Below, one piece after another: positions 25,285 to 35,427 of a DNA stretch of 64,000 bases. Numbering within the stretch: the stretch's first letter is position 1; every line of letters begins with the position of its first letter. Position numbers and translations under genes: made by a program. The stretch is from Basidiobolus meristosporus CBS 931.73 (Eukaryota > Fungi > Basidiobolomycota): NCBI GenBank assembly GCA_002104905.1, contig MCFE01000483.1, forward strand, positions 4,108 through 68,107, in the 5' to 3' direction. The notes below the pieces were generated by a model, which did no database searches, was not told the origin of the DNA, and was given only the letters and a program-made list of their open reading frames with translations.

Positions 25285-27024
25285 TGCCTCTATACGAATC
25301 CGTTAGAAAACCTGGGTTGGTAATCGGTCAAGGCTCTAGGATACTAACCAACTAGCGACTCTAATCCACTTCCGGTGTAGTGCATTTTTTTTCTTCCAAC
25401 TTCGACGTGCGTGCTTTGTTCAAAGAGAGTTGAGCACAAAGGGTAAAACAAACAATTTCACCAAAGCGAGGGAAGGCCTTTTAGCTTTCTCTGCTCCTAT
25501 GGAACCTTCACTCCTGGTGTTTGATGTGATGGACAGCCTCCAAATCTTCAGAAATACTTGTTGTCGAAGTGGCAAAGGCAGTAAAGTATCAGAATCCGTC
25601 TGGGATGTGAGATGATTGAAAGGGCGTACTGGTGACTTGCTCCAATGAGGCCATTTAAATATGAGGCTGTGATCAAATATGCACATGTGACTTGGGAAAT
25701 ATCATGAACACGGAGTTCCTAATTTGGAAAGGATTCATATAATCCTTCAAAAGATTTAGAAAAGTTCTCAAACCAATGGCTATCTCATGGTCATTCCAAG
25801 TATCATTCATCACTCGGCATCCGATTCGTCATCTGCAGCAATTCAGTAGTTCGTATTGCAAATGAGAAGATATGTAGATGATATAAGGATAATACAATGA
25901 TGCCATCTGTCTGGAAATTAAGCAGAGCTATCCACGAATGAATCTGTCTGAATCTCTGGACCTTGCTGGGTTCAACCACTGCCAATGTTGGAGCATCGAC
26001 AAAGACTCGTAAGCGCACCCCGTGAGTAGCATCCATTCTTGCAGTCTCAGACAAAGCTGGGAATGCGTGAGCCGGTTGGTAAAACCGGGTAACCATTACG
26101 TAGCTGTTTACCAACGGCCAAATGGTGCTGCACATACACGGGCCTGGTAGTATTTCCACGCCAGGCGCAACCCAAGCGTCAAATACCCTATTCTCTATAC
26201 AGCATGGTTTCAATCATTGTCCTCCGGCACGAGGCCAACTGCTGTCCAGATTGTGGAAAGTAGGGGCTGACCCAATCTGGTTATGCTATTTTGTTATGAA
26301 CAGGTGTGATGTTTCCACAACCTGTTTCCTTTCCCCTTGAAGTTACGAAACCACCATTCCTGGAGTTTGTATACGATACATCACCTTGGCTGTTCCCTAC
26401 GCCCTAGCGACTCCGGATCAATGAGCATGGCATTAAATCAACGGTCGCTTTCTTTGTTGATCAATCTGGCTGTAGCATGCCTGAATACACGAGTCGGCAC
26501 ATGGAATCAACGGCCAAGTGATGCCATCAGGTGTGAGGCTGTTACCCAAACCAAGTTAGCATGCAGAATTCTATTGTTCATTGAGAGTCCAGGAGGGTTG
26601 AACCGGTATCTGTACAGCAATCGATCAGGCCACTCCTATTCACAGATCATGACTGTTGAAAACATCAATGAAGCAAAATGATCCATCAACATGCCATTTG
26701 AGGCAGATCTGATTTGCTGATCCCCAAGAAGCCAGGTGATTTTTCAGTTCATTGCAGTCCGCATCAGCCAGACCCATGCCGATGACTCACCATGCTACAA
26801 TCCCACTCCGTTCTCAGTGGACTTGTGGGCATACATGTGTGCCATGGCACATACAGTATGTGAATTAGATACAATCTCCATCACACCCATATATGTCAAT
26901 CGACATGTTCTTAATGGTAGTTTATTTGATAGTTCCAGGAATGAGAGCCAGCGCCCTCTGGCTCATAAAAAGCAAAGTCGACAGGGAGACGTACTCATAT
27001 ATAGCAAGATGAGCAATGGTAGAA

Positions 27025-27753
27025 TTAACGGTTGCCTAGACAATGGTTTGGTCAGTACAATGCGAATCACCCGGTTCACTCTTCGCCACTTACTCTTTGC
27101 GACACGCTCCAACTCGTCCTTCTTCTTGATGGCGTAGCTGTTGGAGGAGCCCTTGGCAGCATTGATGAGCTCATCAGCTAAGCACTCGGCGATGGTCTTG
27201 ACATTTCTGAACGCTGATTCACGGGTTCCGGTGGTCAACAAATGAATAGATTGATTAACCCTTCTCAAGGGAGAGACATCGACGGCTTGTCTACGGACGG
27301 TACCGGAGCTACCGATACGAGTAGAGTCTTCACGAGGTCCAGAGTTGATAATGGCATCGATAAGAACTTGAACGGGGTTTTGGTCGGTAAGAAGGTTGAT
27401 GATCTCAAAGGCGTGTTTGACGATGCGAACAGCCATAAGCTTCTTGCCGTTGTTGCGGCCGTGCATCATGAGCGAATTGGTCAAACGTTCAACAATTGGG
27501 CACTTGAATGATTCGAATGGTTAGATAAAAATGGCGGCGACTATCTGTATTGCTCCAATATCATTATACATACCTGAGCCTTTCTGAATTTCTTGGTGGC
27601 ATATCTGCCAGCAGTGTGTGGCAAATACACAGGAGATCTAACCTGAACGTAGTCGGTCAGAGAAATATCCTTGATTTCAAGATCTTCATAAGTCCATTTG
27701 TTAAAAAGGAGAACGCTTTGTGAAGCTGTGGTGATTTCAGCAGGGAGGGCCAT
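27025..27753 (-). CDS. RPS5: 40S ribosomal protein S5 (uS7); coding exons 27753-27574, 27502-27094, 27035-27025
   Basis: Splicing at GT-AG sites gives MALPAE...LFNKW...[16 protein letters not shown]|[21 protein letters not shown]...ELERVAKS|NR*. Confidence 0.97.
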
Positions 27754-28878
27754 ATTCCGTTTCACCTGTTAACAAGAGATAGTAATATTCAGCATCAATG
27801 ATACGTCTTGTGGATGGATGCATGCAATGCGAGATGGATTTCATGGCAGAAAATGGCAACATGAAACTAAAAATTGCGTACGCTTCAAAAACCGCACTAA
27901 CCGTTGTATTGGATGACCGTTGGAAAAGAGGGTTCGCATTCCACGGGGCAGTGAATTTTGTTCATTTCTCGATCAATTCAGAACCAATGAAGTCTGATTG
28001 AATAGAATTGATTCAATAGGCGACAAAAGCGCAACCATCCATTAATTTGAAGTTCCTAATTATCCACGACTCATGCTGCCAAAAATGTGCGATCGATATT
28101 TACAATATTTTATGGTTAAATCTTTGTCATTAGCAGGTACTGAGATTGAGATGCCTAATCCTTGGGTAGTCTATCAACCATGATTTCCGGATTCCATCGA
28201 GCGATACGCTATTGCACCTAGACATCCTGTGCACTGAATACAACAAAGCCTCCCACATCTGAAGATTGAAATCATTTGTTGCCGCAGTAGATCCCTCCAA
28301 TTCAAATCCTCGAAACTCTATTCAATTAAATACTATGCAGGAAGGATGTACGATATCTGTAGTATCATGTAGTTCGGTTCATTTCAAGGTACAATACAGT
28401 TCGATAAGCACATACTAAGTATACTTGCACTCGAGGGGAATTAGCTGCGCATTAGATGTTTTCTGAAGTTGGGTTTGGTTTTGCGGTGATACCTGCGAGT
28501 GGATCTGCAATACTGAAGAGATAGCCTTCACCATTGTGACCGTATAAACTTTGTTGATCCTCGTTGCATTCTTTCAGGGGGTCGGATGCACTATGTTGTT
28601 TCAAGGAGTTAGGCAAAGGGAACTTCTACTTTATTGTCCATGTATGTATACCTGACTAAGTTCAACGTCTCATACACAGGGTGAGATCCAAAAGTACTAT
28701 GGAATTGTGATACATCAGAAAATGGGTCCGATGTGAGGTCAGTTGCCTAGAATTTCATTATTAGTTGAGGAGTTTGATTGAAAAAACAATGGCTTCCTAC
28801 CGTGATGGCGGAGTCGCACAGAGGCGTACTGCCATAGTCTGTGTAACTTGCAGCTTGTGATCTAGTTGTAAAACGCTA

Positions 28879-30138
28879 TTACCAAATCATCAGAGTCAGC
28901 TTGTCGTATACTCCTTCAGGAATACAGGCAGAGCTTACTTGGTAGGCAGTGTCATATATGGAGTAGGATGCTGATGTAGAACCATCGATGTCGCACAAAT
29001 AACCATCAGAACCATCGAATGGTGGGATATCAGAATATAGCAAATACATATCATCCTCATCTATAATTGGCAATGTTTGAAGTTGATCAGTTGAGACAAA
29101 GACTTGAGCAGTATCTTCAAAATATGATAGTTCCCCGCCTGACTCCAACGGATCAGTAATCAGGTCGAAAAATGGAGAATACAGAGATCCAAGCTGCGTG
29201 CTGTATGGGTCACTAGAGCATGGACCTTCAATAAGTGGTCCTGTCTCGACGGTTGTTGGTGATATGGTTGCTTTGTGAATACTTGTGCTTGCATGTGTGG
29301 TTTCCGCTTCGCCATGGCGATAAAAATGACTTCCGGATGTCTGTGCATAGCCACTGTGAGGCTGGACATGATACAAATTACACTCTATCAATGTATCTAG
29401 GTTCGCATGCTCAAATGTGTTTATACACCTTGCGTTATTGTCCTCTGATTCAGGGTTTTGGCACGTCACACTTTTAGAACGTACAATTGATTTACTCTTA
29501 TAGTTTGATCTACAGGATAGTAAACCAGGTTTCGAAACCCTGAATCTTGAGACTCCTGGTTGAGTATGCAATGGTCGACTTCTGCGTGATTTGTAGGAAT
29601 TTTCTCTTCTAAAATCTTTCACACTGCTCCCGATAACAAGGTTTCGAGAAAGAATGACTCGGGCTGGTTCAGTAACAGCGATTTTCCGAAACTGCTTTGG
29701 ATGTTTCTTTGAAGTTGGCATGTATTGTTTTTTGACTCTTTTAAAAGCATTCCCAAGTGCATGCTTCAATCCGTTGAGACTGTTGGAGCAACTTTTGTTT
29801 TCACCTATTGATGGGTGTAAGTGTTGAGGTGGATACTTGCTCGGAATGCCTGGGCTAAGTCTCTGTGACCGAACACCAACCGATGAAGCAGACGAGAGAG
29901 TACTGTTCTTCCCCGATTTCCCTTCATCATTGCGGTGTTGGATCCTATTCCGGGAACACCGCTTTACAGTATGTTTTCGTGGAGGTTTCGAGCTATTGTG
30001 ATAGAAGGGCAGGGGTACTCTTGGATTAGGGATTATAAAGCTGCTTCTTCTGCTGTTGGTTTTAAAAGGAGAGGTAATTGGCTCGATTTTGCCAGTGGAA
30101 GCTTTCCGATCAGCACTTTTGATGGGGATATGTTCCAT
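28879..30138 (-). CDS. Hypothetical low-complexity protein, 419 aa (basic Ser/Arg-rich N-half, acidic C-terminus)
   Basis: 1.26-kb uninterrupted ORF with ATG; no recognisable domain. Confidence 0.55.
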   Translation of the reverse strand: MEHIPIKSADRKASTGKIEPITSPFKTNSRRSSFIIPNPRVPLPFYHNSSKPPRKHTVKRCSRNRIQHRNDEGKSGKNSTLSSASSVGVRSQRLSPGIPSKYPPQHLHPSIGENKSCSNSLNGLKHALGNAFKRVKKQYMPTSKKHPKQFRKIAVTEPARVILSRNLVIGSSVKDFRRENSYKSRRSRPLHTQPGVSRFRVSKPGLLSCRSNYKSKSIVRSKSVTCQNPESEDNNARCINTFEHANLDTLIECNLYHVQPHSGYAQTSGSHFYRHGEAETTHASTSIHKATISPTTVETGPLIEGPCSSDPYSTQLGSLYSPFFDLITDPLESGGELSYFEDTAQVFVSTDQLQTLPIIDEDDMYLLYSDIPPFDGSDGYLCDIDGSTSASYSIYDTAYQVSSACIPEGVYDKLTLMIW

Positions 30139-30627
30139 ATATGCTGAGGAAGGAGTGTGGATATTCGCCGTCGAGTTTTCAACTTTGCTTGGGGGTTATA
30201 ATACTAGTAGTAAAAGATGGAGGCTTTCAAACCCAAGTGTCAGGCTAGGACTGGGTATAAGCAAGGTCAACATCCAAAAATGTGGTAAGGACGGTCCAAC
30301 CAATTTCGGACACTGTCCCGGCTCGTGGAATCACAGCTTTTGGATGATATGCCACGATGGGTGATATATACTTTCCACCAATTTCATTGGATAGATTCCG
30401 AATATTGCTCAGCATGCAGATGCTGCGGTTAGCCCGCCATCTAGGATAACAGACCGGATGCAATTAAAGAGATCATGATCAAATAATATCAACGGCTAAG
30501 GATCTTGTTTCAATGCTCAGCAAGAGGTTTATTGTTTGAATGCTTGGGCTATACTAAAGAAATAGGCTGGAATATGTATACATAAGGTGGAAGACTTTTT
30601 GGTGATCAATCATTGAATAGTACAAGT

Positions 30628-33600
30628 TTAGGCAGAGGCAGGGATTTGACCTCCATAGATTTCCTCCAAATCCAATTTAGGGTCTCCGATCAACTTGAGA
30701 CCGAACTTATCGGAGAGGATTTTGACGGCACTTGGTCTCAAGAAAGCAGGCAATTGGGGTCCAACACGGATATTTTGCAATCCAAGGGAAAGTAGCGAAA
30801 GAAGAACGACAACGGCCTTCTGCTCGAACCATGAAAGTACAATGGATAATGGAAGATCATGAACAGTGCAATTCAACGCCTCCGCTAAAGCTGAGGCAAT
30901 TTGAATAGCCGCGTAGGAATCGTTACATTGTCCCATGTCAAGCAATCTAGGAATGCCGGAATCGCCAATGGTCTTCCACTGCAAGGAGTTGATTCTGAAT
31001 TTACCACAACCGGCAGTAAGGACCACTGCGGATTCTGGAAGCATCTTAGCCAGGTCGGTGTAGTAACTACGTTCGCCTTCGTAACCATCACAGCCACCGA
31101 TGACAAAGACCCTGCTGATGTCCCCAGTTTCGATGGCCTTCAAAACGGTTGGAGCAACACCGATAACAGTTTCAGAACTGAAGCCAACTTGATAGTTGTC
31201 AGTAACAGGGGTGAAGCTGCTAGGAGGATACTTGAATTCTGGAGTATCTTCGGTGAAGCCGGGTGATTCCAGAGCAACCTTAATGACTGCACTGAAATCA
31301 AGATCATCTCCAATATGAGCGATGTTTGGCCAGCCCACCACACCAACAGTGAATAGGCGACCCTGGTAGTCATCCTTGGGTGCAGTCAAGCAATTGGTGG
31401 TCATCACGATAGCCCCAGGGAAGTGAGGGAATTCAATAGATTGTCTCTGCCAAGCGACTCCGTAATGTCCTGCCAAATGCTTGTATTTACGAAGCTTAGG
31501 ATATCCGTGAGCAGGCAGCATCTCACCGTGAGTGTAAACGTTGATGCCCATGCCCTCGGTTTGTCTAAGCAAAGCGTCCAGGAATTTGAAATCGTGTCCA
31601 GAAACCAAAACGCATTTGCCAGGACGTGGCTTGAGAGAAACAGTGTGAGGCGACTGAGCGCCAAAGGTGTTGTTTGCATTGTGCAATACATCCATACAGA
31701 TAAGATTTACTTGGCCAAGCTCCATCAAATATCCCAACACTTTCTCCATGTCTTTCGAATCCTTGGTGGTTAAGAAATGGAAGGCACGGTGGACATATTC
31801 GTAGATGCGACGATCCTCATGGGCAAGAACTAAAGCGTGATCTGCATATGCACAGAGGCCCTTGAGTCCATATACGATCATTTCTTGCAATCCCACGAGT
31901 GCATCGTTCTTGGTAGCTCTCATACGGCTAAGAATACCAACTTCTTTGCCCTTGGAAACCAACATATCCTCGATATCTCCAACTGACCCGGGGGTGCTGT
32001 CGAGAATATCCGAGACACTTTCTGGAATTGGGCATTTCTTGGAGCGCGTTCCGACTCTCTTGCAAAGAGATTGGTATTGAACGCTTAAACGTTTGGTAAA
32101 GTTTCTGCATTCTTGGTGGAATTCAAGGAATCGGCTGTTGTCGAAGTTGACGTTGGTTAGAGTAGAGAAGGTTGCCTTCAAAGTGTAATGATTCACTTCC
32201 GGGTATTCAACTTCGGACTCCTGGATTTGATTAGGATGCTCTTGATGCAACTGACGAAGGTTATAGGCAAACCAAGAGAGACGCTTGAGACATGTAATAA
32301 GAAGATCCTGCAGGGCAGCAACTTCAGGGGTTTTACCACAAACACCAATAGTAGTGCACCCGCGGCCTTGGTAAGTTTGCTCGCATTGGTAGCAGAACAT
32401 CTTGGCATCTTCATACAAGGTAGCAGTAGGGACTCCTTCGCCATCAGCATGCCCGCCTCTCTTGAGAATAATGCTCTTGAGTGCATTTTCTTCGTCTACA
32501 CTCTTGGCGTAGGCTTCGACTTGCCAACGGTTCTCCTTCTTCAAGTTGGCAATGATCTCCAGAGATTCCTCATAGGAGATCTGCTTATTAGCCTGGAGGC
32601 ACTCGCCGACAGTGATCTCCATAGCACCAGGAATGAGCCCACCAAGTCCGCAATACAAATAAGTACCATTATTGTCCAAGTAGTCGGCTACCTTCTCAGG
32701 GAAGTCCAACATTCTGACGGCACAGTTTTTCTGGTGATCACGAGAGGCAGCATCGATTACCTCTACGAGCCCCTTGCGAGTGAAATGGTCCAATTCGTCT
32801 TGGAACAAGAACTCATGCTCGTAATATCTCATACCATAGTAAAGTCTGATACGAGACAGCTCGTGACCTTGTTCGAGTAATACTTCGCGATGTTGAAGAA
32901 TAGAACGGAATACACCGATACCACTACCCAAAGCCACACCTAAAATTGGGGTGTCAAGGCGCTCGGGGAGCTGCACCAATCCAGAATGAATCTTCATGTG
33001 AACGTAAGGATCAGCGCAGTTGGGAGATTTGTTGGATAGGTAAGTTGACGCTAAACCCTGGAATTTCCCGCCATCTTCAGTCTTCCACTCTTCGACGAAA
33101 AATACAATATCAATCTTGTCTTTAGCGACAAGCGGAGAAGATGCAATAGAGTAGTATCTGCTGGTCAGTTTAGGAACGTTGCTGATGAATTGCTCCAGAG
33201 ATATCTTAACGGATGGATAGCGCTCAAGAACATCCACAATGCTGAACACAGTGGAGTTGGACAACTTCATATACATGTTCCCTGCCAACATATCGGATGC
33301 CAAGCTCTCGAGGGCTTCTTGTTCATGAGCATCGGTAGCAAGGCAGCTAAATCCTTCGATGAGTGCACGGCTAGGAATAGAGCTGATATCCAAGTAATTT
33401 TTCAAGAGTTGACGAACGGTGGCCAATGAAGGAAGTGAAACCGAGTCATCAGTTGGCTGGATTTCAACAACAGTATCAAGATCAGCATTCAAAAGCCTGG
33501 CCGCTCTAGCAACCAACTCGTCCGGATTTTCGGGGACAACTTGGATGTGGCCCGCAACATCGTACTCCAATGATGTCTGGCTAATATCGAAGGTTATCAG

Positions 33601-34290
33601 AGAACCAGTTCTCTCATAATCGGGTGCAGTAAGTCGCTTGTTGCTGGAGACAGGAACTCTAGTGTACCCCTCGTGAGTAACCTCAGGTGCAGCCCTGTCA
33701 GACTTTTGAATCTTGACCGACACAGGCAGAGTCATTTTCACATCTGATCCGGTTAATTTAGTCCATAGAGCCTTTAGCCAAGGACGGAAGGCTGTTTCAT
33801 GGCCGTTTCCATCATACTCATCACCCAAACCTACAGGCAAAATGTTGAACCCGCCGAGCTGGCTCATACGCTCATCCAAACTTTTGGCTGCTTTGTTGAA
33901 GTTCTCTTGCAAAGTGCGGTTTCCAAAGCCAAACACAGCGTATCTGGTCTTGCGGAAGAGGTCGGGGGAGTGGTCTTGACGCTTTAGATACGTCCAGAGT
34001 GGAACTGCCGAGTCGGGGAACTCACCATTGTAGAAAGTACAAGTGAGAAAGACTATGAGGGGCTCGCTGGGAAGTGTGGCATGGTCAATCTCGTCCATGC
34101 GGCACAATTTTACGTCAAAGCTACGGATTCTAGCGAAGGTCTGCACCACTTTAGCATAGCCCTCAGTGGTACCAGTCTGAGTACCGTACAAAATCAGCAT
34201 CCGTGGCTTTTCTGTCGACATATTGGGACTTGCTTCAGAAATGCAATATAGTTGTAAGCCTGATTTATTATTTGGATGCATGGAGCTCAT
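30628..34290 (-). CDS. hcp: Diflavin (FMN/FAD/NADPH) reductase-hybrid cluster protein fusion; likely start at Met24 (34221)
   Basis: Flavodoxin (LYGTQTGTTEGYA, YAVFGFGN, GLGDE); FAD/NADPH domain (RYYSIASS, GLASTYL, GSGIGVFRS, YYGMR, YCG); then HCP: CYQCEQTYQGRGCTTIGVCGK (CX2CX8CX5C), SGHD, THGEMLPAHGYP, MTTNCL, GGCDG, AGCGK, GQCNDSY, SWFEQKA. Confidence 0.95.
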   Translation of the reverse strand: MSSMHPNNKSGLQLYCISEASPNMSTEKPRMLILYGTQTGTTEGYAKVVQTFARIRSFDVKLCRMDEIDHATLPSEPLIVFLTCTFYNGEFPDSAVPLWTYLKRQDHSPDLFRKTRYAVFGFGNRTLQENFNKAAKSLDERMSQLGGFNILPVGLGDEYDGNGHETAFRPWLKALWTKLTGSDVKMTLPVSVKIQKSDRAAPEVTHEGYTRVPVSSNKRLTAPDYERTGSLITFDISQTSLEYDVAGHIQVVPENPDELVARAARLLNADLDTVVEIQPTDDSVSLPSLATVRQLLKNYLDISSIPSRALIEGFSCLATDAHEQEALESLASDMLAGNMYMKLSNSTVFSIVDVLERYPSVKISLEQFISNVPKLTSRYYSIASSPLVAKDKIDIVFFVEEWKTEDGGKFQGLASTYLSNKSPNCADPYVHMKIHSGLVQLPERLDTPILGVALGSGIGVFRSILQHREVLLEQGHELSRIRLYYGMRYYEHEFLFQDELDHFTRKGLVEVIDAASRDHQKNCAVRMLDFPEKVADYLDNNGTYLYCGLGGLIPGAMEITVGECLQANKQISYEESLEIIANLKKENRWQVEAYAKSVDEENALKSIILKRGGHADGEGVPTATLYEDAKMFCYQCEQTYQGRGCTTIGVCGKTPEVAALQDLLITCLKRLSWFAYNLRQLHQEHPNQIQESEVEYPEVNHYTLKATFSTLTNVNFDNSRFLEFHQECRNFTKRLSVQYQSLCKRVGTRSKKCPIPESVSDILDSTPGSVGDIEDMLVSKGKEVGILSRMRATKNDALVGLQEMIVYGLKGLCAYADHALVLAHEDRRIYEYVHRAFHFLTTKDSKDMEKVLGYLMELGQVNLICMDVLHNANNTFGAQSPHTVSLKPRPGKCVLVSGHDFKFLDALLRQTEGMGINVYTHGEMLPAHGYPKLRKYKHLAGHYGVAWQRQSIEFPHFPGAIVMTTNCLTAPKDDYQGRLFTVGVVGWPNIAHIGDDLDFSAVIKVALESPGFTEDTPEFKYPPSSFTPVTDNYQVGFSSETVIGVAPTVLKAIETGDISRVFVIGGCDGYEGERSYYTDLAKMLPESAVVLTAGCGKFRINSLQWKTIGDSGIPRLLDMGQCNDSYAAIQIASALAEALNCTVHDLPLSIVLSWFEQKAVVVLLSLLSLGLQNIRVGPQLPAFLRPSAVKILSDKFGLKLIGDPKLDLEEIYGGQIPASA

Positions 34291-34292
34291 GG

Positions 34293-34300
34293 TATTTATA
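34293..34300 (-). promoter_or_regulatory. TATA-like box (TATAAATA) upstream of the reductase-HCP gene
   Basis: TATAAATA lies 2 nt before the first in-frame ATG, suggesting that ATG is upstream of the TSS and Met24 is the true start. Confidence 0.4.
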
Positions 34301-35427
34301 TGTTTACCATATTTGAGTCCAGACAGTCCAAGGAACCCAGAAAATTCGAAGTAATCTCGAAATTGCCATCCTCAGTTGCGTTTGTAATCCCGTCCAAATT
34401 TGGAGGGATTTTTGATTACCTAGCGTAGGGTAAAACCTTCTTTCGGGTCATTTGATTGGTGTAGCTGATCTTTCGCTGACGAGCGTCACCTCACCATGCA
34501 GAGAAATCAAAGAGGCTGACACAAGTAACGCTGCTCAAGAGCCAACCTAACAGTCAAAGTTCATTAGATTAGTGCGGAGCACCAGGTTTGTTAAAAACCC
34601 GCTGGTCGGTTGGTGAGTGGGTGTGGTTCTCACTGGTATTTGAGGTGGACAACAAATCAGCGATGGACTCGGCCGTGCTATGTTCCAGGCCCGCTGTTTG
34701 TTTTGACTGAAACCATTGGAGAGGGTCAATCCAAACGAGTACCCTGAGCTCCTGATCATTTTTCAGCCACACCAGCGTGTTAATTGGATTACGCATCAAG
34801 ACATTCAATTGTATGGTTTTGTGCCCTTTAAGGATTTGGATCTGAATGCACCAGATTCAATAGCAATAACTTCGCAACTGGCCGATTGGAAACAGAGCTG
34901 ATTCAGCACACTCCCGGTGTCCGCATAGCAGATGGCACCCATATAAACGGTAAAATGCTGAACTCATGACTTCAGCCATTCGGCAAACGTAATCAACCCA
35001 ATTGAACGTTGTGATCCAGTGCTTGGATTCACGACGCCTATTGGCCATCACCCCACCAAGATATGGGCCCACTTGTTTCTCAGTAGCCCTCTTCACCGTG
35101 TATTCCCATACTATTGGGACTGATCTTGGCCGGCAGAGATGCAGCTGTATAAAAAAAGCAAGCTTATATGCTAGCCCTGAATGGAGATCAGCCATTTTTA
35201 TTGCTCCAGTTGTCATCCCCATCCTCCTGTCTCCAAACCATGGCTAGGAAATTGGTTGTAATGCTAAAATCCATGATTTATTCTACGCCAATCAATTGGT
35301 TTAGCTGGAGATCCAAGCCCGATTTGCTTCGTCATATAATAAAAAAGTCAACTATACAATAGATTGCCCGTCGTTAAATGCGACCCAGTTGTTGCTTAAA
35401 CGCAAGCTACATACGAACAGCACTTGA

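Noticed and set aside
30885-33987. Antisense ORFs inside the reductase-HCP gene, including 230 aa at 32188-32880
   Set aside because: Shadows of the sense CDS; no recognisable domains.
34547-35362. Short ORFs between HCP and IDO as a possible accessory gene
   Set aside because: No motifs, overlapping frames, no convincing splice model.
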